From Candidatus Omnitrophota bacterium (lineage in GTDB: Bacteria; Omnitrophota; Omnitrophia; Omnitrophales; Aquincolibacteriaceae), in assembly GCA_903856085.1 (NCBI GenBank), contig CAIOAT010000013.1, positions 295,430 through 359,429 of the forward strand: a stretch of DNA of 64,000 bases. Reading direction: 5' to 3'. Both the position numbers and the translations under genes were made by a program. The notes under the pieces are model-generated. The model had not been told where the DNA came from, did no database searches, and was given only the letters and a program-made list of their open reading frames with translations. Positions 53,701 through 57,695 of the stretch are shown piece by piece; the stretch's first letter is position 1; each line of letters starts with the position of its first letter.

Positions 53701-56700
53701 TTCATCTTCCCTTTGATTCCCTCTAAGTTCAGTGGTACCTCGCCCATGTTTCTCACCTCCGAGCGCGGGAAGAAGAGGATCGTCACCACGGAGCCAAGGA
53801 TTTGGTCCCGGCTCCAGGATTCCATGGAAAAAGATTGGCTCCTTTTCAAACCCGCAGGATCTATATGAAGGGCTTGGTCGCCGCGCTGTGCGTCCATATC
53901 CATCAGGCCCTCATGAGCTCTAAATTGACGGATCAGCGTATCAATGAAGAGCTGCCAGGCCACCTTCGGATCCCCCGGCAGGCTCCCGTCCCCCGCAGGG
54001 ATCTCCACGGCCAGGGCATCGGCTCCCTGAAATTCCGCGGCCCGTTCGGATAAATGAACCACGGCTTTGTGATTGCGCAGAAAGTCCGGAAGCACTGATT
54101 TTCCGACCCCTTCAAGACCTTTTAAAAAATCCGCTTCGTTAAAATTGGATGCAAGCATGATTTCATCGGGAAGCTCTCCCGGGCCAACCGGGCCAACCCC
54201 CGCAACAAACGCGGCAACGCCAATGCGGTGGGTTAGGGTGTGTACCATGGGACCGATGTCTTCATCTTCAGCCTTAGAAAAAAAGTTTTGAAGAAGCTTA
54301 TCCAGCGCTCCCTGGAACAGAAGGGTCTGAGGTTCTTTTGTTTTTTGAAAGGTCTCTAAAGCCTGGGTGATAGGAGCGGCTACGGCGCCAACCGCGGATA
54401 AAACGAGGTCATTCCGACCGCCCTTGTACACGTCTTCGAGGATCTTGTTAAGCATTTTGCGGACCATTCGGAAATTTTCCGCATTAATCTGGCTCTGCTG
54501 TCCCCGGATCGCTTCGATCACTTCCCTTATCTGCCCGACAGCCTTATCCCGCGCTTCAGCGCGGGGCGCCAAAAACAGATTGGTTTGGATGTTGGGGCCA
54601 AGCCAGCGATAAACGCCCTCCGGCAACCGGTCCTTTGATTCCATAAGAGCACGCGAAGGATCATCCGTGGCAGCCGGAACCAAGAGAAATATTCCTTCGT
54701 AGTCTTTCCAGTTGTAATAAGGCGTCGTAAAAGCGGAGCCTAGAAGTTTCACCTGGTTGGCCGGAAGGCCGTAGCTCTGCATAGAGGCTTCTGAAAAGGT
54801 CCAAGATTCTTTTTGTTTCGAATTCCCCCAGCGCAGATAAACTCTGAAATTCCCGGCGTTAAGGAATGCGTCGCGTGCTGCCGAATCCGGGAATTCCAAG
54901 GTCGAAGAAAAATCAGCCCGGTCCCCGTGGATCTCCACCTTGCCATCCTTCGAGCTCATGACCGGCAGAATTGGATTTGAACGCACTTCGGCGCGGGGCG
55001 AACCGGCCGCGGGAGCTGCGTGTCCTACTGGCCGCATAGCCAACGAGGGACTTTCGGGTGTCATTCTTGCCAACACCCGATAGGCTTGCTCGGTCTCATT
55101 ACTTTTCTGATCTTGAAGAAAGGGCGTTAACCGGATAAATTTACCGAGCCCCAATTCATCAAAACTCCCGGTCGCAAACCTGACGCTTTTTTCTACGATC
55201 CGGATCGAGTTATCTTCACGCTTGCGAAGAATCGCAACGATCGGGAATTCGCCCTGATACGCTTGCAAAACCTTTGGTGTTGCATCCTGCGCGCCTTGAA
55301 CGGAGAGTTCGGTTTTTTCAAGCCCTGCTCGGAAAGAAACCCGCCCCTCGGATCCCACCACGCGATATTCCAGCGAATGGTCAGGATGTAGGACAAATCC
55401 CCAAAAGTTTGGATCTGCAGGCAAGGTTCCATCAAAACTGATAACGCCCAAGTATTGATCATCCGCCGGCAGGATCTTCACGCCGCCATAGGTCGCATCA
55501 ATCTCTTCGCCCAATGTTTTAAAAAATACGTCGACTCTTGCCGCGCGCAGTTCGGGGCGAAACAAACCCGAGGGTTGAGGCTGAGATTGCCGCGGGGAAA
55601 CGCCAACGGCAGAAGCAATGATTTTTTTGAAGCCCGCATCAAACTCCGCCCTATTCTCCGCGCTGCGATCGTGGTAAGAAGCAACGGTCTCGCGCACAAT
55701 ATCGCGAATCCTGGCAAAACGGACCGCAAGTTCGCGACGCCAAAAACGCGGCGACACGGCGCTAAAAAAAGAGACCTGCTGGGTGACTTTTTCAGGAGCG
55801 ATATGAGAACGCGTAATCGCGTTGGAGCCAAGAAGCGCTGTCAGATAATTTTTGTTGGAATCGGCTGTGATCTCGCCGATGGAAGGCATGATGCCGATAT
55901 AAGAACTGCCGGAGGCTGTGATCGCCTGTTTAAAACCCTCGGTGTGAAAACCACCGGTGATGATGACCGCTTTCGTCTGCTTGCGCTCCTTCATCACTTC
56001 GCGCGCCCTCTTCATCATAAAATCTTCACGCTCGATGGCGCCGGAGTAAAAATTCAAAGCTTGCTCGTTAAGTTGCTGTAAGGCGGGCAGCGTGTCGCGT
56101 ACGGCGCTCTCTTTGCCCCGCACCCGATCAAGCGCTTGCATTAACTCGGAAGGAGAAATTTGACGTGACAGAACTTGCTGATATTCTCCGCGAGAAAGCT
56201 CCAAATGAAACAGCTTTTTAAGGAGTTGGTATTCGCGAAGCGAGCGCACAAGCGTTTTTTCCTCATCAGTTTTTACAAGGACTTCGACCAAGGACGCAGT
56301 AAGCTTTTTAATCTCGGACTGAAGCACCTCGCTCTGGAGTTCGCTTATAAGGATCATTTGCTGGATGCGAAGGCGGAGGTTCGGGTAAGCATTAAAAGAA
56401 AAGTCGGCTGGTAACGCATCCATCAGACGCTCGAAAACGAAGCGGGTCTTGTAGAGCGGCAAACCGCCTTTTTTCGCCATTTCGAACATCGCATTCATTT
56501 CATCTCCAAGCTTCTTTTCACCGTACTCCGTACTCTGTACTCCGTACTTAGCGATATCGCGTAGAAACGTTGCTTTCTCCGCTTCAACTTTTGAGAGATC
56601 AATCTTCCCATCCAACGATCTCAGCCGGAAATAGCGGACCAGGGTCGGCCACGCAAGCTGCGCCTTAACATCTGTAAGATCATTTCGTAGGATCGTATTC

Positions 56701-57425
56701 GAAGATTTCTTGAGTGTTTCCAGCCAGCTTTCAAGCGGGACGGTCCCCTCATCGAATGCAGCGTAACGGGTTATGAGTTCGCGAAGCTCAGGGTTCAGCC
56801 GAAGGCTTGCCTCTTTTTGCCACTCAAGATAAACACCTTTCAAAAACAGATCGGAGGCTCCTCGCCCTTCATAAACTTTCCTATAGGATTCACGATCCTT
56901 GGCGTATGCCGCAGCGTTTTCAATACCGTACGCCTCTGCTTGTACAGCGTCTTTCGTACCCCGTACTCCGTACGGCAACTGATCGATCATGAACACTTCT
57001 GCGCCGGTAAGTTCCCCGGCCTGCATGAGTTTTTCGTTCACTGAATGCTGAAGTTGGGCGTTCTTAGGAAAGAATCTGAAAGGTTCGGGCGTAAGTTTAT
57101 TGCCGGCGCCTTCTAAAAGGACAAGCTGGATGCCGTAATTTTTGGATAAATACTGAAGGATATTCTGGATATTCTTCTGGGCATCGTAGTTCGCATGAGC
57201 TTCCTGGATATGAATAAGGAGAGATCCTCCTTCAGAGCTCTTGATGCTGTCCGTGATCTTGCCGAACTCCGCTGGAATTTTAAATGAGTTTTCGGAAAAA
57301 AACTTCGGGAAGTTTTCGACGGTTTGGCCATAGGCGACAGGAGCAGGCGTAAGCGTGTTGGTCACGAAGAAAGTGACAACAATAACGCCCGCAAATAATC
57401 TCTGTAACCGCTTGAGACAGTTCAT
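38739..57425 (-). CDS. Giant 6228-aa exported multi-enzyme polyprotein with R[SA]ExR-delimited modules
   Basis: Uninterrupted 18.7-kb ORF; signal peptide ending PVAYG; recognisable enzyme domains; 15 boundary motifs. Confidence 0.93.
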   Translation of the reverse strand: MNCLKRLQRLFAGVIVVTFFVTNTLTPAPVAYGQTVENFPKFFSENSFKIPAEFGKITDSIKSSEGGSLLIHIQEAHANYDAQKNIQNILQYLSKNYGIQLVLLEGAGNKLTPEPFRFFPKNAQLQHSVNEKLMQAGELTGAEVFMIDQLPYGVRGTKDAVQAEAYGIENAAAYAKDRESYRKVYEGRGASDLFLKGVYLEWQKEASLRLNPELRELITRYAAFDEGTVPLESWLETLKKSSNTILRNDLTDVKAQLAWPTLVRYFRLRSLDGKIDLSKVEAEKATFLRDIAKYGVQSTEYGEKKLGDEMNAMFEMAKKGGLPLYKTRFVFERLMDALPADFSFNAYPNLRLRIQQMILISELQSEVLQSEIKKLTASLVEVLVKTDEEKTLVRSLREYQLLKKLFHLELSRGEYQQVLSRQISPSELMQALDRVRGKESAVRDTLPALQQLNEQALNFYSGAIEREDFMMKRAREVMKERKQTKAVIITGGFHTEGFKQAITASGSSYIGIMPSIGEITADSNKNYLTALLGSNAITRSHIAPEKVTQQVSFFSAVSPRFWRRELAVRFARIRDIVRETVASYHDRSAENRAEFDAGFKKIIASAVGVSPRQSQPQPSGLFRPELRAARVDVFFKTLGEEIDATYGGVKILPADDQYLGVISFDGTLPADPNFWGFVLHPDHSLEYRVVGSEGRVSFRAGLEKTELSVQGAQDATPKVLQAYQGEFPIVAILRKREDNSIRIVEKSVRFATGSFDELGLGKFIRLTPFLQDQKSNETEQAYRVLARMTPESPSLAMRPVGHAAPAAGSPRAEVRSNPILPVMSSKDGKVEIHGDRADFSSTLEFPDSAARDAFLNAGNFRVYLRWGNSKQKESWTFSEASMQSYGLPANQVKLLGSAFTTPYYNWKDYEGIFLLVPAATDDPSRALMESKDRLPEGVYRWLGPNIQTNLFLAPRAEARDKAVGQIREVIEAIRGQQSQINAENFRMVRKMLNKILEDVYKGGRNDLVLSAVGAVAAPITQALETFQKTKEPQTLLFQGALDKLLQNFFSKAEDEDIGPMVHTLTHRIGVAAFVAGVGPVGPGELPDEIMLASNFNEADFLKGLEGVGKSVLPDFLRNHKAVVHLSERAAEFQGADALAVEIPAGDGSLPGDPKVAWQLFIDTLIRQFRAHEGLMDMDAQRGDQALHIDPAGLKRSQSFSMESWSRDQILGSVVTILFFPRSEVRNMGEVPLNLEGIKGKMNVRVTRGGKVGTVKGYGGGKEPFLEILFDGESDIQPFYLRGSASVGKPLLFASEVEELGSRKAAEAEAQKAASELAKTWTKTTGLAKGAIALIKKESLVNQSADRMYVHSRWMKKIAIASSSAMPPKNLGEEEEDRKMTDAEYAQDLQGLVEAFWGAYNGRAKERYLFSNATGVERFVLWKILGHELAGDVFFSAFNLRERLKDEKGKTAWQIRSKLKYGRISDKTIEEIWGEARPGNSKAPVAVARWNEGGFDVQSAVLRAIPVVERILQAEVQKGLEIGITLKPRPMDEIPSVALSQKSPGKAVRSEVRAGKQAPQITEARMGEMIAELKAIRTEIDSNYSLNPNDKHEVLGVLTQALTYFPADLLQVIGTVNSVIEILAPYRALTLGLMRRLDAIASELEGGNAGLSSLIKELAPGEFLIKEDISMPQAIREIGKFNSSKIRKIQVLGESGTQLTRGDILMVSFATSEPSAVGEIRAEMRGGEEVPLNLKGVKGMAGVRVERAGRIGTVESYGGGSEPYVEIRFDGALSAERFYMNASRMVGKPIRFAGAAEDAASIKRMEEIRAKAAQAVAVALAELNRTWPDTRKLAVQAIEKIRAEGLLKQTPDKMYVAPQWMQNIKMGSLPQPPKELKYGQSLQALVNAFWGDYNGRWGDPQSPKRYLLSNATGFERVVLWKLLGREFAGDVFYSAMNMRDRLKIDKAKAVALIQSKLNTTGQISDAVIVAILNETDPHYKEGQKRAPAPILDWFYDGLGRDKIQDGILRAIPVVERILQTEFKENIQVPLSIQPRPLDEIPTVTLPQGSTAKFIRSEIRDEGQPTAENRTLVESIKDPFDFSKIEHLVTLSSGKTAEIFPGITIRLAETKLRQSESQGSQAQFEVSSTLYDPSRGASMPSVDLKWRDVGFEFKSKIPSGTTGEDLEFTLRLTGVDSLGQAHFTSSRVRKPAFSGGFRSEKRANRSYSHLQFEKEAILAFSGAGFAVLGLPVWNATGPSFTLMAVSPQSFQKAALSVAAELAGNFNPLFLGQQLHINILPAAFRSAPPTSRKVRSEVRNDEAMTMPVHDVVHIAMESADFFGKGGVKDVVREKPPALLKHLGAHQFVIMPGHPSVFTQKTFKVENAGFTVKIPIEGREETFEVYTAVAHSVRYYFIKKDGYFQKGYWSSGSLDGLREYAVFSRAAVEILRKKFAVKKPDIIHLHDAHPGLVAAFIRAAFPSEFQTSGITMTIHNADAAYQQRYGPDLFNYGKQLLMSMGMPEWAFGWKYLEFHGGLNLMKAGLVFSEKFMTVSPKYREELLADPDTGLQGVFLERKDDFTGILNGVDSGVWNPSKDNKIYQKYTSENVAEGKRANKLEFQKEVGLQQNPNAMLFVAATRLADQKGPELILEEARRLLNRHPNAQIAVIGEENHYAEGFRALMAQFPGRAYFTPAFSETLVRKAHAAEDFFLMPSKFEPCGLGQMQALRYGGIPIVHAVGGLDNTVLDPKEDAAMATGFKFYFPGLNKIKDLEKTPSFEAVMKLFDEATERAVAVYMNDPQAFYDMRARGMNSVRDWDELVPEFKKLYETARFNAFHLNGIPLAALRSEARAADPAAIAAVFMPHYLPTISELAAFISNMPRSISRGVQAAEESGQLLLYALGSAGYVSENVLPVIEGGAVGNGLEIAQAMVRVAQKANSKRAELRSWAEKNAPELEDYTVVTGQLEAGLDREILKKLEEKYGKTIAGLVAATTVTGGLGALMHDLFPSWQKNFGQPKKANIDAFAVNVIYDRIKGQEFAKDLPEEVTSGKKTLGDYLREVLTEDPGLSFSIFLDAGNEYRAKAEEWIGRAGDPLYKKRLQQAREAVDREIKVKVYPTNTFSGGMPNFYIEAFYIADDGTKVQIFDEVYPDTRDGGPNLWRDLHLAVYGKTKELLTLKLQEKGIAKKKILFVDNEVFASIPTPLFPDAPHHHMNHSVYSPTIYRPAEASFQLLGYPQAMRSRIIRNGTISIVDAVGISYDLVTGVALYEHTPAVSGGVMPGYVDVIDSFNQGGLRSTNGVLLEQWQAPFLRQLINTYKAKLGMSSESDDRDFFIKIGHPGNEAFLGEFKERTDMIKSYLAGRLMLWLKASQNKPEWFDQAMKSYQEEFGITEVDGPQVVADLQARIQKALEDESEWQQIFKDPKAQALRKQFLLTAIVSNVRRQVSYKGPDKWLEILRSLAADPAKLEQYKKTAARAIIGGREFDDEAHGLFLEIQRLIRELKLEDKFATIENYNIKDAPIIFQGVSGTVMITYMILEASATSMMKGLPNGAILMGAWGGAQPELFTIVDNETGLEKDIFRDKITYEQVVENLKSKKWKITNGFLVFYSKDGDGKFILSTLDDNGNIKVVNAPYPLAESMIEDLIALQKAYAVSGDRMNLQWEALRSSPLVDMEKSQARAHIKLWQRVVQKSEKQKALLAKPGLSAESALRFLSKKSGNDGGFVWRSEPSNALEIAPPGVLTFVESARQVRTHGVESYKSIAYHAARGEIFAKILYYFEGFEKEAPDFYQEMMRLKAEADKTNDLLEKVRIHLAALRLFDRFVVQLSETVLQGYIQSRSKEYERLFRDELFRQNLYFLLESKGKRFGSLNKKLVGFGVQVGDKKYIIGLNLGEQKYPAIDGGESKAWGQFYGNKAFQWLTDMLDPEAAMTYHIVNTITGEVYGAGEERKPYPLSVLMEGALPIGVPDFQILELQAAGVMKPEKKREQRGSLILDDLRSLVSGNSGEQLRQQKPRTYWLKRMIQGTKPEDLKMLLQTVSGIGRDKAHAIFGVEGVRPVMAFIATLVPELLEDMKEWDAEVYGALKNMMQSPETKDLFERGEVFFLDSSRDTAVVLARVLKEEKDGFEHKRHVVVPIHFSKVPYNKEEGKVWFGVGSISLLGLESSLVYQTRDHMLQIDYEKKHTLSSIQKEGWRVGISVVKRKDPAGIAQLGWRFQVLQMVPVGVNSSEGATQGMRSEARTGTSDAGTLNAAWPQHEAQKIAVIGGAGFVGATEASMLSARFGHDVTAVDIKPASVASLNGGKLVNYAPGLEEFLQAGLAAKRLRFTTNLAGAIEGREIIYLALPTPYLSNGESDTHFLEDAVADIARLMKPGEKKIIIGKSTAPPETIDRLKARIHQVGLPQGAEIEFAWIPEFLREGLEVEDALGGSGRMAVGAEKPAIADRVAALYDPKNINPQYPGKPIPIFKMGIKSAMLVKYAANGYRAWKISFINHLSWYAALFGFNVKKVAEKLGADPRIRPMFLSAGIGWGGSCFPKDSLSFMRQLAKAGMPFGLMMDTFAVNEAQWQMFANGIKQKLDGVKDKTVVVLGAAFKPNTSDDREARSILIIRQLVEWGAQVRVYDPVAIPSLQKTLADLNPAPGTGTAAPVQYFQNPEDLYSMMEGASAIVLVTEWDAFRQLNFKKVQTMFPDREKRPLVFDGRNAWDPAEVAGFGFQYFGISHETLPSPFVGETGTSLTRGMDEFVKKAIEFFLAGRIAFMISLAELAERSGGDIRDILKGLGADPVVGDLYLKPGIGFGGFDLFAALEKFTKFAESHSEGLMDKLREYREQIEILKRHYGFSGSNGTDTRVPFVTAFAESNERAVKLYVDKTREAVGGNLSGKTVTLLGLAYKPGPNSSIENAPSLKLIEALLAQGAKVRVTDAHPATASSVRNHFSKRAMDLKGVEFFDHKTNAAENAREAIRGSDAQILVTEWPEYADWRTLFFEGGMTEASGKSVTEHFNVVDGRHFYDPYELEANGFHYFAVGIPSQKEKKTVVLPGAAKAELAGAIEFPEKGVRIEPQASGRFQLKLLVRMKHEALQRARFFVHFGPRGKGTSVPPWHDQEIPGEGIIKPLQQAGEKGVYELVAEIDPREKYPQFTGAFGATVFLLPSDVTLQDAAFHTERIWAQQAGGVRDGEFSVSEQRSEMRDTQEIQTTLGAKKISANAKKVVGLLKESPSNAFWTEAQAQMDSLLQSDQPAVELPRIAENFKGGKIVTARGASACVFFGKDQEAAVQKMTQIQAEIQGALGPRVLTVPQDELHLTLQGLKHGVTAAEVDNGFLRKTTEALRQAFRSSSVSEVHGKLIGPYWHRDLGVVMIWKADGKEDPLAVVQGTIAKHLGLGNPPRPFHVTLVYPVQGRMTAEEFADFYRAVGKVPVQQIPITISGFEINSYQDIAFTAVRRVPKATIPLQRSEARGVSIEELLRGERPEGMINVHPAQGFRNQLVSHRAFFEGTVTPLQVRNWNAKNATVAASMTSYDGKWFLGITHEGRTEDGVAAISLDLKKYFGADFSSNFYILRDRGTRFWKGALEWPHENDLTFIRTPDEMKPLNVILRPGQFHFFEILPVPSSDEMIYAKIAGIKRFVKADGFEYSKLGALQPLVPHQTGNFYRFQNGQLLTQPIDMGQMGQKVEGDSDLSFYVGPQIEKYLRALAAGEVAGGFAGEIQIYNVQGGAVKIKVNHGNYREVIELNERGVIVIKDLAPGVTLDLLDLSGAEFMIHMRKAPPWFKDFGSEDFRALPHPGPDRSAVVSNEKLQELGVLVIALSDKQNFMYASSRMPTQWANSAYTHFRKADGKDQFLWNGASLIREDAPQERSFPGRDLSRYDEKLYGDRERVHSHRSSLEHEGKRAQAIELYYVADGAMGFYIKTQHSKEYVMKVQAGDTIVIDPEVIHAIAYVKLPYAHVAVQSPSVWHLGMAGHEFKQFYGPVQDLLESRPGVRDEILHFMNAPQAGIMELNKRSELRSAEETKPSSPVAGLRDFFEDNFRRGGGREQGIRGVTEKLADGIVSLLAYTNKAKDIILSNLIPAAYAGEPVTLTREPKNFFSKLKIKMLYRALGVKTIQASDALVLDPETAFKRGLIYVIRNVFGAIPVVVLSEKGSTDRVFLEKINQQLRQANRPTILSAANLDEARELLATDREAAPIRDSWNLKAMVFAGAHNPQTALLAEELKENIVTIDQKMFRNFLNLAGLGVSKFVEQMQAEYFATAKSA
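39645..39870 (-). other. Cupin domain of the giant protein
   Basis: HSH...ELYYVADG...VQAGDTIVIDPEVIHAI. Confidence 0.65.
41142..41930 (-). other. 2H phosphoesterase module of the giant protein
   Basis: Two HxT motifs, LHLTL (41583-41594) and FHVTL (41319-41330), about 88 aa apart. Confidence 0.7.
42420..44777 (-). other. UDP-glucose 6-dehydrogenase module plus a degenerate partial second copy
   Basis: IGGAGFVG, LPTP, KST, PEFLREG, KYAAN..KISFIN, GWGGSCFPKD, AFKPNTSD, FDGRN; second copy GFGGFDL, AYKP, VTEW, VDGR. Confidence 0.88.
44793..48656 (-). other. Divergent alpha-glucan phosphorylase (GT35, GlgP-like) module with C-terminal beta domains
   Basis: TGGLGALMHD, TNGV, RRQVSYKG, IENYNI, LEASATSMMK (compare EASGTSGMK with the PLP lysine). 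Confidence 0.75.
48957..50537 (-). other. Glycogen/starch synthase (GT5, GlgA-like) module of the giant protein
   Basis: GKGGVKDV, HLHDAH, TIHN, TVSPKY, GILNGVD..WNP, RLADQKG, PSKFEPCGLGQMQALRYG, VGGLDNTV. Confidence 0.9.
51267..53750 (-). repeat. Internal duplication of a ~325-aa module (52785..53750 and 51267..52253)
   Basis: EVPLNLEGIKG..YGGGKEPF..RYLFSNATGVERFVLWK..LRAIPVVERILQ..PRPMDEIP versus EVPLNLKGVKG..YGGGSEPY..RYLLSNATGFERVVLWK..LRAIPVVERILQ..PRPLDEIP. Confidence 0.92.
55800..57330 (-). other. Giant protein N-terminal TraB/Tiki/ChaN-like (putative metalloprotease) domain
   Basis: LIHIQEAH (E75,H77), VLLEG (E105), ERED (R466), AVIITGGFHTEG (H494); conserved in the 733-aa paralog. 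Confidence 0.55.
56521..56548. repeat. 7-bp tandem repeat (CCGTACT)x4, in frame in the giant gene
   Basis: ccgtact ccgtact ctgtact ccgtact; encodes YGVQSTEYG. Confidence 0.8.
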
Positions 57426-57625
57426 GAAATGGTCTTTCCCCTTTCAGAATTTGTATGGAGGATTTATAGAAATGTAACACGATTTTCTAAAATTTCAAGG
57501 GGTTGGAAAAGTATTTATCAGACTATGTTTAATGCCTTTTAAAGAAGGACTCCTTCCGAGGCTATTGCTAGTTTATGCTACAACTTGGTCTTGGCAGCAA
57601 TACCGATCTTTAACATCGCAAGGCA

Positions 57626-57654
57626 TTGATTTTACACGGGTTCTGGGCTATATA
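57626..57654 (+). promoter_or_regulatory. Putative sigma70 promoter for the 733-aa companion gene
   Basis: TTGATT-17 bp-TATATA in the AT-rich 270-bp divergent intergenic region. Confidence 0.4.
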
Positions 57655-57695
57655 TATGGGGTGCGCTCCCAACAGCTATTCAAGCGGAATCCATA

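Noticed and set aside
39483-55559. RxExR motifs as DNA recombination sites, integron attC sites or CRISPR repeats
   Set aside because: The nucleotide sequences differ at synonymous positions, show no palindromic structure and are irregularly spaced
38739-57425. Giant protein as NRPS/PKS, RTX/MARTX, Rhs or intein-containing protein
   Set aside because: No A/C/KS domain motifs, GGxGxD repeats, YD repeats or intein splice motifs seen
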